DNA of 44,576 bases from Crocinitomicaceae bacterium (lineage in GTDB: Bacteria; Bacteroidota; Bacteroidia; Flavobacteriales_D; Crocinitomicaceae). Below, in pieces: positions 16,112-26,576 of the stretch (its first letter is position 1; every line of letters starts with the position of its first letter). The stretch lies in assembly GCA_022447665.1 (NCBI GenBank), contig JAKVAQ010000039.1:1-44576 (forward strand), given 5' to 3'. Under the pieces are notes generated by a model that worked only from the letters and a program-made list of their open reading frames with translations, did no database searches and had not been told where the DNA came from. The position numbers and the translations under genes are program-made.

Positions 16112-16873
16112 ATGGATTACAAACTGAAAAAATTCAACGACGGCCAGGTATCTGTCTCAGGGATAAAGGAAGGTGATCTTGAAATAAAAATAAGAGGCAA
16201 CTCTTACGAAGATCTGTTCACTATTGCATCAATAAAGGAGGCATGGGATGCAATGAATTCAATCAATAAGAAAGCTGTTTCTATTTTAACTATCTGCTGT
16301 TTAATTGGTCAACGTTCGGATAGAAGATTTAATAAAGGCGAATCTTTTGATTTAAAAGTCATTGCTGATTTTATAAATCGAATGAAATTCGATCGTGTCC
16401 GTATTCTGCATCCTCATAGCCCCATTACATTAGCACTGATTAACAATTCGGAAAAAATATCACATTCAGAGTATGTAAAAAAAGCTTACGAGGCCATTGG
16501 AGCTCCTGTTTTAGTGAGTCCCGATGCCGGTGCTTATAAAGTAACCCACGAGATTGCAGGACTTTTAGGGGCTGATTTAATCCCTTCGAATAAGGTACGA
16601 GTGAATGGTGTTCCTGAAATAAGTATTCAAGGTGATGTAAGCGGAGAGCAGTGTTTAATTGTAGATGATTTGGCAGATGGAGGGAGAACATTTAAAAATT
16701 TGGCAGTTGCTCTTAAAAAACAAGGAGCCACTGCGGTTTATTTATATGTTACACATGCACAATTCAACTACGGATTTGACGAGCTAAAGGAGTCAATTGA
16801 TCATATCTATTGCACTAACAGCTATAAGGAAATCGATAATGAATTGGTAACACAGTTTAAAGTTATAGATTAG
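16112..16873 (+). CDS. ribose-phosphate pyrophosphokinase (Prs)-like phosphoribosyltransferase
   Basis: GQRSDRR, VSPDAGA and PRPP-binding CLIVDDLADGGRTF motifs; shorter than canonical Prs; 10 nt downstream of nadV. Confidence 0.65.
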   Translation: MDYKLKKFNDGQVSVSGIKEGDLEIKIRGNSYEDLFTIASIKEAWDAMNSINKKAVSILTICCLIGQRSDRRFNKGESFDLKVIADFINRMKFDRVRILHPHSPITLALINNSEKISHSEYVKKAYEAIGAPVLVSPDAGAYKVTHEIAGLLGADLIPSNKVRVNGVPEISIQGDVSGEQCLIVDDLADGGRTFKNLAVALKKQGATAVYLYVTHAQFNYGFDELKESIDHIYCTNSYKEIDNELVTQFKVID

Positions 16874-17109
16874 TTCAAGATTTTCTTTCTTGAATTCTTG
16901 TGAATCCTTAAATCTAAAAGAGCAATAGTAAGTATTAAAGGAAAAAAGCATGCAACGATAAATGTCCCAAAATGAGGATGAAAGTCGATCGAACTAATTA
17001 TTAATTCTAAACCTGCAATGAAAGAAAGCAGGCCAACACAAATGCAGTAATTGAAAGGCCAAGAACTATTAGAACGATATTCCTTCTTTGATTTTTTGTC
17101 ACGGGTCAA
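16870..17109 (-). CDS. small membrane protein, hypothetical
   Basis: Two hydrophobic helices; convergent with prs-like gene. Confidence 0.3.
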   Translation of the reverse strand: MTRDKKSKKEYRSNSSWPFNYCICVGLLSFIAGLELIISSIDFHPHFGTFIVACFFPLILTIALLDLRIHKNSRKKILN

Positions 17110-17153
17110 ATGTAGGATAGTTATCCGTTATTTTCGAGAGGCTTCTAATTTCT

Positions 17154-18173
17154 TTAGAAATACTCTATTGTTCTTGTTTCTTGAGTTACTAGTGTGTTGG
17201 AAACGAATGTAAGTTTAGATGTCCAATTACCGTATTGGTCATAAACATAAGCATAAGTGTATTTTCTTTTGAATTTCTTTTCATTCAAGAAGTTGTTTTT
17301 GGGTGGTTTATACTTTACCAAACTGGTTAACTCATTGCCTTCATCATTATAAGTAGACTTAATTAAAGAGATAAACTTTCCTTCGGGAGAAGTTTTTAAA
17401 ACTTTAATGGGCTGATTCCAATCATTGTAAGTATAATATTTGACGTAACTTTCGTCTGTTCTTGGAGAGTCTGAATTACTCTCATGCTTAACTCTAATAA
17501 AGTTTCCATTATCGTCTTTATTGTAAAGAGATCTTCCACTCCAAGACGTATCTAAAAACTCTTCTTTAATCAATAATCCATTTTCATTGTATGTAAATAT
17601 TCTATGAGTTGATTTAGTAGGACTTATTTCAATATCTAATATGACTTCACCGTCTGAATTGAAACGGGTCGTATGATAATGTATGTTTGAATTACTTGAA
17701 ATTATAGTCGAATCTGAACGCTCTAGTCTATTGGGATCATAATAAAAGCTAGTTTCACTAATTAGACCTTTTGTACCATGTTCATAAAAATGAATTGATT
17801 GTTTGTCGACTTGATTTAACTGATTATACTCATACTTAAATTCTCGAGATGTATCAGATTCTCCTTGTATTGAAAACTTGGTAGCATACATTGTGCCTGT
17901 TGAATCAAAAACACGACAGTATTTATTTCTAACAACACCTAAAGTTTTAACGGTAAGACCAAACCAATAGCCTTGAGGATTATAATCGAATACATGTGTT
18001 AGCGAATAGGAAATATCACCTTCATGAAACATAACTTTCTTATATATCAATTTTGAAACATTCCCACCTAATTCGCAGGTATCAGATAAGCCATCTTGGG
18101 ATCTGCCTTTAGATGGGGCGAATGTCATGATCGCACAGAACAGATAAATGTAAAACTGAGTCTTTGGAGTCAT
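17154..18173 (-). CDS. secreted YD-repeat-like protein
   Basis: Signal peptide; repeated Y-x-Y-N/D-E-N/G-G-x-L units. Confidence 0.45.
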   Translation of the reverse strand: MTPKTQFYIYLFCAIMTFAPSKGRSQDGLSDTCELGGNVSKLIYKKVMFHEGDISYSLTHVFDYNPQGYWFGLTVKTLGVVRNKYCRVFDSTGTMYATKFSIQGESDTSREFKYEYNQLNQVDKQSIHFYEHGTKGLISETSFYYDPNRLERSDSTIISSNSNIHYHTTRFNSDGEVILDIEISPTKSTHRIFTYNENGLLIKEEFLDTSWSGRSLYNKDDNGNFIRVKHESNSDSPRTDESYVKYYTYNDWNQPIKVLKTSPEGKFISLIKSTYNDEGNELTSLVKYKPPKNNFLNEKKFKRKYTYAYVYDQYGNWTSKLTFVSNTLVTQETRTIEYF

Positions 18174-18354
18174 TTTAAAATGAACTTCTGGTTTAATGTA
18201 AAGATAAATCTAAATTTATAGTTCTTTGAATTGCTGACAATTATACTTGACGTTGAAACAGTAGAGATTTCATGCATCTACTATGTGTGGCTAATTTCTG
18301 GTCTTAAACCGTTATTTCTAAATTCCTTAACTTTAGTTTATTATAGCACTATTA

Positions 18355-18678
18355 ATGAAACCTATAATTCTCCTGGATGTTTTTCCACCTAACCCCATTG
18401 AAGAAGGTGATGGACTTACTAATATTGATGTAATTACCTTCTTGTTAATAGCAATATTTATTGTTGTAATCTATTTATTATTTAGAAGAAGAAAGATTGC
18501 TGGATCTGCACAGAATAGTTTAAACAATGATGTTCTAGGTCAAGAAAGATCTATGCCTTTATCAAATACTTCAAAGCCTCCGTTTACGAACTTTTCTAAT
18601 AAGGATGCTTATTTATGGATTGTTTTAGCTCTGTTCGTTTTAATTGCTCTTTTTACGATTAAGAAATGGATTCCATAA
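18355..18678 (+). CDS. membrane protein, hypothetical
   Basis: Two transmembrane helices. Confidence 0.35.
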   Translation: MKPIILLDVFPPNPIEEGDGLTNIDVITFLLIAIFIVVIYLLFRRRKIAGSAQNSLNNDVLGQERSMPLSNTSKPPFTNFSNKDAYLWIVLALFVLIALFTIKKWIP

Positions 18679-19112
18679 ATAGACTATTAATCCTTCTTTT
18701 CTTGGCTTCTATTTACTCTTGTAAATCTACTCCGGATCTAGAGGGGAAATGGACGTTAATTTCTGCCAACTTTGAACCCATTGGTTTGACTCCAGAAATA
18801 AATAATGTTTCGTTAGGGAGTATATTTGAATTTAAGGATGGTTTATTATCGGTTTCTGATAATGGAATGATTTCACAATCCGAGTACGATGACGGACAAT
18901 TTAACATTGATTCGATTTTAGTGTTTAATTCTAGTTCTCAGCTAGGCACATCATCTTCCTTTAAGATGGTTGAATATGAGAACGAAATTCTAACCTTTGA
19001 GTTAGTTTTGAGCAACGAATATTTGGCCTTGCCAGTACCAAACAGTGCAATTGAAGAGTGGAAAGATCGACTTAAAAACGGGTATCGATTTGGTTTAAAA
19101 AGAACTGAATAA
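18666..19112 (+). CDS. lipoprotein, hypothetical
   Basis: Signal peptide plus YSC-KSTPD lipobox. Confidence 0.45.
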   Translation: MDSINRLLILLFLASIYSCKSTPDLEGKWTLISANFEPIGLTPEINNVSLGSIFEFKDGLLSVSDNGMISQSEYDDGQFNIDSILVFNSSSQLGTSSSFKMVEYENEILTFELVLSNEYLALPVPNSAIEEWKDRLKNGYRFGLKRTE

Positions 19113-19113
19113 A

Positions 19114-19611
19114 ATGGGGTTCTATTTAAATTCTGAGCCAAATAAGACTGATAGTTATCTATACCTTGGATATCTTATCATTTCCTTAGTAGTATTTGGT
19201 ATATTATTCTTAGTGAACTCTGAAGAAATCTACAAGGTACTATTAGGTTATACTCTTCTAACTCAAATGACTATATACGGAGTGTTTTATAGATCATTAA
19301 GATATTTAAAATTTAACCTTTACTGGTTATTAATTGCCTTTCTTCACGCCGTCGCATATTATTTTTTAAAAGACGATCCCTATTTGCAATCAGACAAAAT
19401 AGACGTAACAATCGACCTCTTGTTCACAGGTGCATTTGTTCTTTTATTTAACCTATTGAGACTAGTCACTGTATTGATAATGAGATCTGAGTTTGAAACG
19501 AATTTCGCTTATGGTTCCTCCTTATTTGACGAGAGAAAATTAAATGTAGGAGAATGGATTGCATTTGTTGTATATTTTAGTTGCTTTTTAGTCTTCCAAA
19601 TCTTAACCTGA
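19114..19611 (+). CDS. membrane protein, hypothetical
   Basis: Four transmembrane helices. Confidence 0.45.
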   Translation: MGFYLNSEPNKTDSYLYLGYLIISLVVFGILFLVNSEEIYKVLLGYTLLTQMTIYGVFYRSLRYLKFNLYWLLIAFLHAVAYYFLKDDPYLQSDKIDVTIDLLFTGAFVLLFNLLRLVTVLIMRSEFETNFAYGSSLFDERKLNVGEWIAFVVYFSCFLVFQILT

Positions 19612-19704
19612 ATTCAGGAACGAAGTTATACTACATCCTCTAAACTCCACTATTTTAGTATCTTCATCTTGTAACTATTCTTTCGGATTTATTCATAAAG
19701 AGTC

Positions 19705-20202
19705 ATGAAAAAAACAGACCAAACGATTCATAAAATTTGTATTCGAGGTATAAAGCGCTCATTAGTAAAAGACGCTGTCTTTAAGACTTCCAGTATGTAT
19801 GAAGTTGAAGGTGAATATGACTCTGTTTTTCAAAAATTCGGAATAAAGAAATATGAAAATGAATTACCTGTTTGTTCTTGCTATTTACAATCAAACAGAT
19901 GGAGCTTATTGACTACCCAAAGATTAATTACTTGTAATAATGACAATCTTACTGAAGCCAACATGGATTTCGCAAAGGTTGAAAATTACGGTGATTTCAA
20001 GGGGTACGAAGAACGGGAATATACTTTGGGGCATGTGAATTTTGATAACGGAGATTCACATGAATATTTTATTGAAATCGGAAAGGCATCAATGGTTATG
20101 GTTCAAGGGGTTAAATTCAGGATATTGATTCAGCCGAATTCTGAAGAAGAGAATAATAGTTTGCTGAAAGCGTGGACAAGAAGAGATCTTCGTAACAAAT
20201 AG
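19705..20202 (+). CDS. hypothetical protein
   Basis: ORF track. Confidence 0.4.
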   Translation: MKKTDQTIHKICIRGIKRSLVKDAVFKTSSMYEVEGEYDSVFQKFGIKKYENELPVCSCYLQSNRWSLLTTQRLITCNNDNLTEANMDFAKVENYGDFKGYEEREYTLGHVNFDNGDSHEYFIEIGKASMVMVQGVKFRILIQPNSEEENNSLLKAWTRRDLRNK

Positions 20203-20207
20203 ATCAT

Positions 20208-21335
20208 ATGAATTTTGAATTAAGCGATAAACTAACGGGGTTAATTGAAAATAATCAATTAGATGAGGCCATAGAGATTGCAGAAACGGAACTTAAGAAT
20301 ATTCCTCAAACAAATTTTCATTCAATTTTAGGAAAAGACTTGCTTCACCTAGAGAATAATTTGGCAAAGTTTATTGATGATTTTTATGTTGACACTCTAG
20401 AAGTTTTAAACCAGCGTAAAGGATTCTTTCAAAGTTTATTTGGTTCGAAAGTTAAATCTAAACCCATGGCGTTTTATTGTGAGATGAATGGATTTACAAT
20501 TAATTATGATCGGTGGTTTATTGATTTATTTGCCTACAGGACTTATGAGGAAGGTAATAGCTGGGATTGGTTATCTGATTTTTATGATCATACCGCAACA
20601 GGACTTACAATCACCGGGTTTGAGGACATACAAAATGTTTTTAGGGATGTTCACGAAAACGAATTGTTCCAAGATTTAAACATGAAAGCCGCCTATGAAA
20701 TCACCGAGCTAATTGTTATTCTCCGTCTTCAAGAATTATTTCGTGAAACTTATAAGAATTTATCGCGCGGATGGGCGCTAATACCGATTTTTGTTACCGC
20801 TCATGATTATGAAATGATTTATCGTGTAACAAGTTCAAAAGAACAATCTGAAGATGAGTTTTGGACAGTTAAATATGGGGAATGTGCTCCATTAACCGAT
20901 GATATGGTTTTTCGCGCAGAGAGAATATTAGGAGTAAAGTTTCCCTCAAGACTTATTGAATTGTTAAAGATTCAAAATGGAGGATATATAAATAATTACG
21001 GTTACAAAATGAATGAACCTACCTCTTGGTCAGAAACACATGTTCCCTTCGATGAGTTATATGGGTTGGATCCAGACCTGAAAACGCCATCTGTTTTCAA
21101 TATTATGGACGTTACATATCTGACAAAAGAATGGGGATTTCCCGAAGGACTAATTCCTTTATCCGGAGATGGTCACTGGTTTATTGCTTTGGATTACAGG
21201 AAAAGTGAAATTCCCCAGGTGAGATGGATAGATACTGAATGCGACCAGGACATTCATGTTGCAGACTCTTTTGACGAATTCATAGATAATCTATTAACGC
21301 AAGAACAAATTGATGAACTTGAGAATTTTGAATAA
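20208..21335 (+). CDS. SMI1/KNR4 (SUKH superfamily) domain protein, immunity-protein-like
   Basis: C-terminal region ..ILGVKFPSRLIELLKIQNGGYI..FDELYGLD.. matches the SUKH/SMI1-KNR4 core. Confidence 0.55.
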   Translation: MNFELSDKLTGLIENNQLDEAIEIAETELKNIPQTNFHSILGKDLLHLENNLAKFIDDFYVDTLEVLNQRKGFFQSLFGSKVKSKPMAFYCEMNGFTINYDRWFIDLFAYRTYEEGNSWDWLSDFYDHTATGLTITGFEDIQNVFRDVHENELFQDLNMKAAYEITELIVILRLQELFRETYKNLSRGWALIPIFVTAHDYEMIYRVTSSKEQSEDEFWTVKYGECAPLTDDMVFRAERILGVKFPSRLIELLKIQNGGYINNYGYKMNEPTSWSETHVPFDELYGLDPDLKTPSVFNIMDVTYLTKEWGFPEGLIPLSGDGHWFIALDYRKSEIPQVRWIDTECDQDIHVADSFDEFIDNLLTQEQIDELENFE

Positions 21336-21378
21336 TCAACTTAAAATCCAAGTTGTATTTGACTTACAATTACGCGAC

Positions 21379-21858
21379 ATGAATAGATTTACGCCTTTTA
21401 TTTTAGTATTTATTTCTGTGAGTTGCATCAATTTAGTAAATGAGGAAACTTCACAGATAGGCAATCTAGATCCGATGTGCTTAGAGGATTCTGCATGGAC
21501 AAAGATTTGTCAAGAACATTCAATTGAGAAAATATCTGACCCAGATTATTTAATGGGTCTAGAATCAATTAATAACCACTGGTTAAGCCCGGATTACGTG
21601 CTTTATTTTGACGAAGAACCTAAGGAAATTATTGGTTGTGATTGGTACGGTGTGCGAATTGTATATAATAAGAATATTTCATCTAATACTCTAACCGGGT
21701 TATCTCCTCAATTAGGTAATGATGAGCAAAAGAGAATTCGTAATAGGGTTATGAGAGAGCTAATTAAATATCAATGCGCGGAAGGACAGTTACAGATGTT
21801 AAGCGATATGAGTAAAGAGGTGCCATTTGCAGATTCTCATATCGATTATCCAAAGTAA
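21379..21858 (+). CDS. lipoprotein, hypothetical
   Basis: Internal Met start gives a signal peptide ending VSC. Confidence 0.4.
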   Translation: MNRFTPFILVFISVSCINLVNEETSQIGNLDPMCLEDSAWTKICQEHSIEKISDPDYLMGLESINNHWLSPDYVLYFDEEPKEIIGCDWYGVRIVYNKNISSNTLTGLSPQLGNDEQKRIRNRVMRELIKYQCAEGQLQMLSDMSKEVPFADSHIDYPK

Positions 21859-21878
21859 AAATCTGAAAAGAAATAAGT

Positions 21879-22451
21879 TTAATCATCTAAAATTTCCTTT
21901 GATTTCCCCATTTGTTTTTTTCTATCATTCATAATGAAGTTAACCAAGAATAATACATTGAATGGTATTAACCAGACAAAGAATTCGGCAATTTCCATGT
22001 TTTGTATGAAGTTGCCAAACCATAATCCCGAATTGACTATTATCGTGAATGTAGCATAAAATAGTAGTGAAATAGATTTGTTAGAGGGTTTTGAATAAAA
22101 GGTAGAAGCATACATAACGGTAACCACATAGTCTATATGATTTAATAGCAATGGATCGAATAGGTATTCATATTCAGTTATTCGATAAAAGTATTGGTAG
22201 GATAGCAAGAAAGACATACCAAAATGGAATAGAACTATTATACTCGGTAGAATAAACTTTTTTCTGTAGAAATATATACAGAGCAATAATCCGGTTAAAA
22301 TCGTACTAGAAAATTCAATACTGTAAAATGTAAGGACGGGAAGATCATTTATATTTGATTGGATAAAACCGTAATTATGGCATAATAGAGTGTATCGCAA
22401 AACCATTATCGCGATTAATCCAATGATTATAACAAGTCTAATATTCCTCAT
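21879..22451 (-). CDS. membrane protein, hypothetical
   Basis: Five to six transmembrane helices. Confidence 0.45.
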   Translation of the reverse strand: MRNIRLVIIIGLIAIMVLRYTLLCHNYGFIQSNINDLPVLTFYSIEFSSTILTGLLLCIYFYRKKFILPSIIVLFHFGMSFLLSYQYFYRITEYEYLFDPLLLNHIDYVVTVMYASTFYSKPSNKSISLLFYATFTIIVNSGLWFGNFIQNMEIAEFFVWLIPFNVLFLVNFIMNDRKKQMGKSKEILDD

Positions 22452-22516
22452 TGAGAATCTTAAAAAGTAATTTGAGCATTGTTACTTAAAAATTTCAAAA
22501 GTGATGTTTTAATAAA

Positions 22517-22966
22517 TCATCTTTCATAATCTTTAAACTCGGGTCGTTTTCTTGACTGCCCATAATCAAGTCCCGAATCTATTAGTTCAAAATCAAAATC
22601 TCTCGTAAACTTAAATTTGTTTTCTGGTAAGATTGCGACGAAAATCATCATTGCAGCCAACATCGAAGCTAAAGTAATGAGAGAAATCGTTACCATATAG
22701 TGCAGCTTTATTCTAACAACGTACCTATGGAATAAATAAACGAGTACAAACCATACCCCGTAATAGAAAAGTAGATCAAAGATTAGTTCTAAAACAAATA
22801 TCTGTAGTGACATTGAAGTGTGAAACCCCGGACAATTGAAGGGCAAAGGAAATCCAGACATTTCAATATCCCAGCCATCAATGACCGTCACATACCACCA
22901 TTTTGTGATAAAAAAGAATGAAATCACGGTTAAGGGAAGAACTAACTGCCAAGAAAGCTTTTTCAT
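22517..22966 (-). CDS. membrane protein, hypothetical
   Basis: Transmembrane helices. Confidence 0.45.
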   Translation of the reverse strand: MKKLSWQLVLPLTVISFFFITKWWYVTVIDGWDIEMSGFPLPFNCPGFHTSMSLQIFVLELIFDLLFYYGVWFVLVYLFHRYVVRIKLHYMVTISLITLASMLAAMMIFVAILPENKFKFTRDFDFELIDSGLDYGQSRKRPEFKDYER

Positions 22967-23009
22967 GGGAACGCTTTTTAAACATGAAAGTGCAGCAAAA
23001 CAACCATAC

Positions 23010-23387
23010 CTAATTTAATGTCGAATTATTTCTGGAAATCCCTCTCAAAACCCAAACGAATATTGGGGCCAAAAAGATGAGCAAAATAGGTAGTGCAAAT
23101 CCAGCATAGTAATACCAAATTCCTGCAAAATAAATATCCCTGTGCGCTAAGATTAAGTAAATTACCAATATTCCCCAGATAGACTTTTTGGGCTCTTTCT
23201 TTATAAAGATGAGATATATCCGCCAGAGAAAAAGAAGAATAATAGCAGCATCTTGCAATGGTCTTAAATACTCGTAATCTGTATAAGGCCAGCGATAATG
23301 AGAATGCAAATCAGAGTAATTGGGAAACATTGCGTACACCACAACAACCAGGACTAAAATTTCAATCATGTTTAGAAGTTGTTTCAT
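23010..23387 (-). CDS. membrane protein, hypothetical
   Basis: Transmembrane helices. Confidence 0.45.
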   Translation of the reverse strand: MKQLLNMIEILVLVVVVYAMFPNYSDLHSHYRWPYTDYEYLRPLQDAAIILLFLWRIYLIFIKKEPKKSIWGILVIYLILAHRDIYFAGIWYYYAGFALPILLIFLAPIFVWVLRGISRNNSTLN

Positions 23388-23476
23388 ATTCCTTTTGAAT
23401 CTTTCAGACCTAATTTATCCTTGGTTATTTCTAATATAGTGGAATATTTTCAGCGTTTCTCTATATTTAGTTCGAA

Positions 23477-23692
23477 ATGAAATTTGATAAGTGGATAGAA
23501 TACCCGACCATGTCTATTGCAGTGCAGAAAATTGAAAATGGATTCCGGTGTTTTAAGTATGTAGATGGAAATATAGTTCGTGGTGCTTCTGCTGACTTTG
23601 AACACACGGAAAAGCTATCAGAATTTCTTTTATCATTGCCTAATGCGGATAAGGTGGATGTTCGATCAATTATTGCTCAATTGAAATTTTGA
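23477..23692 (+). CDS. small hypothetical protein
   Basis: ORF track. Confidence 0.3.
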   Translation: MKFDKWIEYPTMSIAVQKIENGFRCFKYVDGNIVRGASADFEHTEKLSEFLLSLPNADKVDVRSIIAQLKF

Positions 23693-23710
23693 ATTTGTGA
23701 AATTCTAAGC

Positions 23711-24406
23711 ATGTATAATAGATTAACCTTACTTCTCTTATTATTTATTTTAGTTTCAAATTCATTTGCTTTAGAAGCTCCAACAGACACCCTGTTATCA
23801 GTGGTAATTGACAAAAGTGATTCTCGTTTTCAATCTTCTCTTGAAGAATATCATAAGTCAGATGAATGGAAAATTTGGTCGGTACCAATCGGTACTCTTT
23901 CGACGAGAGTTACTTCTACTGGATCATTGAAAGATCAAGGAAAAATCACATTTATCGTTGATAATCTCGAAGATTTAAACTTGAAAACGGCCTGGATCGG
24001 AGAAAAAACCAGAAATCCTATAGGTCAGAAATTTTCATTTGAGTTTTTTATTCACCCTGAATCTTGTTTTGGCTGTCCAACAACGTTTTACGGTGTAATT
24101 AATCTATTTAATGGTTACTGCCAATCCAATAAAACCTGGAAAAACTATTCTAGAGTTAAATCGATGAAAGTTCTTTATAACGATAGTCTTCTATGCATGG
24201 TTGGACTAAAAGACACTTGGCAAATGCAGACTATTGATCTAAGTAGATATTTCGAAAATCAATACAGCAATAAGAAAAAGCTACAAAAACTAATTAACGT
24301 TAAAACTGGAGACGTTTTAAGATTTGAAATCACTGCTATATACCCTGGAGAGCAGTATAAGAATGTCGCAATCTCAGAATTTGTGGCCGAGGGAGCAAAG
24401 AATTAA
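23711..24406 (+). CDS. secreted hypothetical protein
   Basis: Signal peptide. Confidence 0.45.
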   Translation: MYNRLTLLLLLFILVSNSFALEAPTDTLLSVVIDKSDSRFQSSLEEYHKSDEWKIWSVPIGTLSTRVTSTGSLKDQGKITFIVDNLEDLNLKTAWIGEKTRNPIGQKFSFEFFIHPESCFGCPTTFYGVINLFNGYCQSNKTWKNYSRVKSMKVLYNDSLLCMVGLKDTWQMQTIDLSRYFENQYSNKKKLQKLINVKTGDVLRFEITAIYPGEQYKNVAISEFVAEGAKN

Positions 24407-24413
24407 ATAGCAG

Positions 24414-25049
24414 ATGAAGAATAATGTCCTTTTCGTGATATTCCTTATTGTCTGTTCATGCGATAATGACCAGGAGCGATTGCCGTTTAACGACGGGGAC
24501 CTATTTGAGCGTTTTAATAACAGACACGATAGTACTTTAACTGATGAAGAGCGTGAATTTCTAGGGCCATTAGCCCCGGGAGATAACTTTTCAAAAGTGG
24601 ATTTTGATAAGGATCAATCCCCTTTTATTCAAGTTGATTTAGACTCTACTCTTGAATATACAGTTCAACGTGAGATTGACTCAAGCGATAATCTATTTTT
24701 AGTTGAATTTGAAGGTGATGTGGATTGGTACGGTACAAAGCTGATCGCTCTAAGTATAACTATTGAAAATAAGGATAGCCTTATCAAAAGGAGCTTCAAC
24801 ATCGCTGACTTCCCCGATTATGACTATTATCGAAGCACACACCCTGACTACCAAAACTCTAAATACAAAGGTGTAGCGGGATGGTTTGATATCAGTCTTA
24901 ATGGACTATCCGAATTTCATTTCGAAATTTGTAAAAGTGAAGATATTATTAGAATTAATCATGGAAAAATAACCGTTACCAAACTTAATTCACTCATTAA
25001 AAATGAGTATCCAAGTGGGAATTACCCTTATGATTGGGAGTGTTTTTAG
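24414..25049 (+). CDS. lipoprotein, hypothetical
   Basis: Signal peptide plus CSC-DNDQE. Confidence 0.45.
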   Translation: MKNNVLFVIFLIVCSCDNDQERLPFNDGDLFERFNNRHDSTLTDEEREFLGPLAPGDNFSKVDFDKDQSPFIQVDLDSTLEYTVQREIDSSDNLFLVEFEGDVDWYGTKLIALSITIENKDSLIKRSFNIADFPDYDYYRSTHPDYQNSKYKGVAGWFDISLNGLSEFHFEICKSEDIIRINHGKITVTKLNSLIKNEYPSGNYPYDWECF

Positions 25050-25132
25050 CATTATAAGAATAACCTGGAGCTGCGAATGAAATACCCTAAACGGAATATC
25101 TAAAACAAATTCTGAGACCCGATCTTGGTTCT

Positions 25133-25594
25133 TTAAAGCTTACTATGGACCAACTCATCCGACCATTTTGGTTTAATAATGAGCAAAGAAGATAGAGCGG
25201 CTAGCCAAGGTAAAAACCAAAGCAAAGAAATCTCCAGTAATCTCTGCCATCCTTCTAAATCTTCTTCCCAAATGTCAACTAAATAGTAAAACAAATAGAT
25301 TGAAATAAGGCATAAAAGAAAAGACCAAATTGCAAATATCACAAGAAGTCCTTTCCCCGAATAGTAGGTGCTAATTAATACTACAGCTAAAAAAATCAGA
25401 AAAGGGGGCATAAAATAGCGCGTAAAAAAGATTAATAATCCTAACTCTAAATCTTCTCTCAATAAATGACCTCGACCTTTATAAAAAGCTTCACCTCCAT
25501 GGGAGATGAAATTTTCCAATATCCAATTGCTCAACATGTAAAAGCATATTGCGCAAAAAACGAAAAACAAAGAGTAGATTATTCTGGTTCTCAT
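25133..25594 (-). CDS. membrane protein, hypothetical
   Basis: Transmembrane helices. Confidence 0.45.
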   Translation of the reverse strand: MRTRIIYSLFFVFCAICFYMLSNWILENFISHGGEAFYKGRGHLLREDLELGLLIFFTRYFMPPFLIFLAVVLISTYYSGKGLLVIFAIWSFLLCLISIYLFYYLVDIWEEDLEGWQRLLEISLLWFLPWLAALSSLLIIKPKWSDELVHSKL

Positions 25595-25772
25595 TGAACC
25601 AAATCTAAATTGATTTCGACCTATGATATTATTGACATAGCCGTTTTTTACGATTCTTTTATTTTTTGTGCAAAGTCAGTTTTTATTTGATTAAACTATA
25701 CTAGGAAACCTGCTATTATGATGACTTCAAAGAGTTAGGTATGAATTCAATTAATTCTAATTCACCAATTTA

Positions 25773-26186
25773 TTACGATACAATCCAATAAATAATGTAT
25801 ATGAATATGCCTAGCATTAATGCTGTATTGATCATTAAGTCATATCTGCGTTTGGGTAAATCATGAGCTGGGTAATTTATATCCCAGATATTATTATCAG
25901 CAATTCTCAACAAATCATTAGGAGTAATCGGAATTCTTTTTACCCTAGCATATGGTGGTTTAAAGAACAATGCTCCTACACTAGAAAAACCTTCCTCTCC
26001 ACTGTGAAAATACCACAAATAGGTTGACATATCAACATTGAATTTCTTTTCAAATTTTGACATCATCTCATGCCAATCATCTCCGTAAACACCTAAATCC
26101 AATTCAATATCTACGTTAGGTTTAAAGCTATCTTTTCCAGAATGTTCAGCGACAAAGTCCAATATTTCTTCTAATTTGACACCCAC
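25773..26186 (-). CDS. hypothetical protein with C-terminal transmembrane helix
   Basis: ORF track. Confidence 0.4.
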   Translation of the reverse strand: MGVKLEEILDFVAEHSGKDSFKPNVDIELDLGVYGDDWHEMMSKFEKKFNVDMSTYLWYFHSGEEGFSSVGALFFKPPYARVKRIPITPNDLLRIADNNIWDINYPAHDLPKRRYDLMINTALMLGIFIYIIYWIVS

Positions 26187-26210
26187 TTAAGTCTCTTTTT
26201 TAATTCAATC

Positions 26211-26576
26211 TTAAAATGGTTCCAAACCATGTTTTTTATAATGAATATCATTCCATAATTTACTCATTCTTGGTAAGTCCTTTATTTTTTCTACTTCGTC
26301 ATAAATAAAAGACTTATCAGAATCTAGTAAGTATTGATTCCAAACAAGCTTTCTTCCATATTTATTGATTTGTTCAAGATCATAATTGTCAATCGCAATT
26401 TTAAATTTCTCAAGGTCTTTAGAATAATTTTTCCTATCTCTTTTACGCCAAGTCAGAATAATTATTCTAACTACAAAAATCATCATCAGCGAGATACCTA
26501 CCCAGATACTAATAAATAGAAAGTTCGAATTCATTTCGTTCGGAGTCAAATTTGAGTTTCTTTGAGAACTTTCCAA
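26211..26576 (-). CDS. small membrane protein, hypothetical
   Basis: One transmembrane helix. Confidence 0.35.
   Translation of the reverse strand: MESSQRNSNLTPNEMNSNFLFISIWVGISLMMIFVVRIIILTWRKRDRKNYSKDLEKFKIAIDNYDLEQINKYGRKLVWNQYLLDSDKSFIYDEVEKIKDLPRMSKLWNDIHYKKHGLEPF

Noticed and set aside
16440-16691. Antisense ORF in the prs-like gene
   Set aside because: It lies opposite a gene with a clear PRPP-binding motif.
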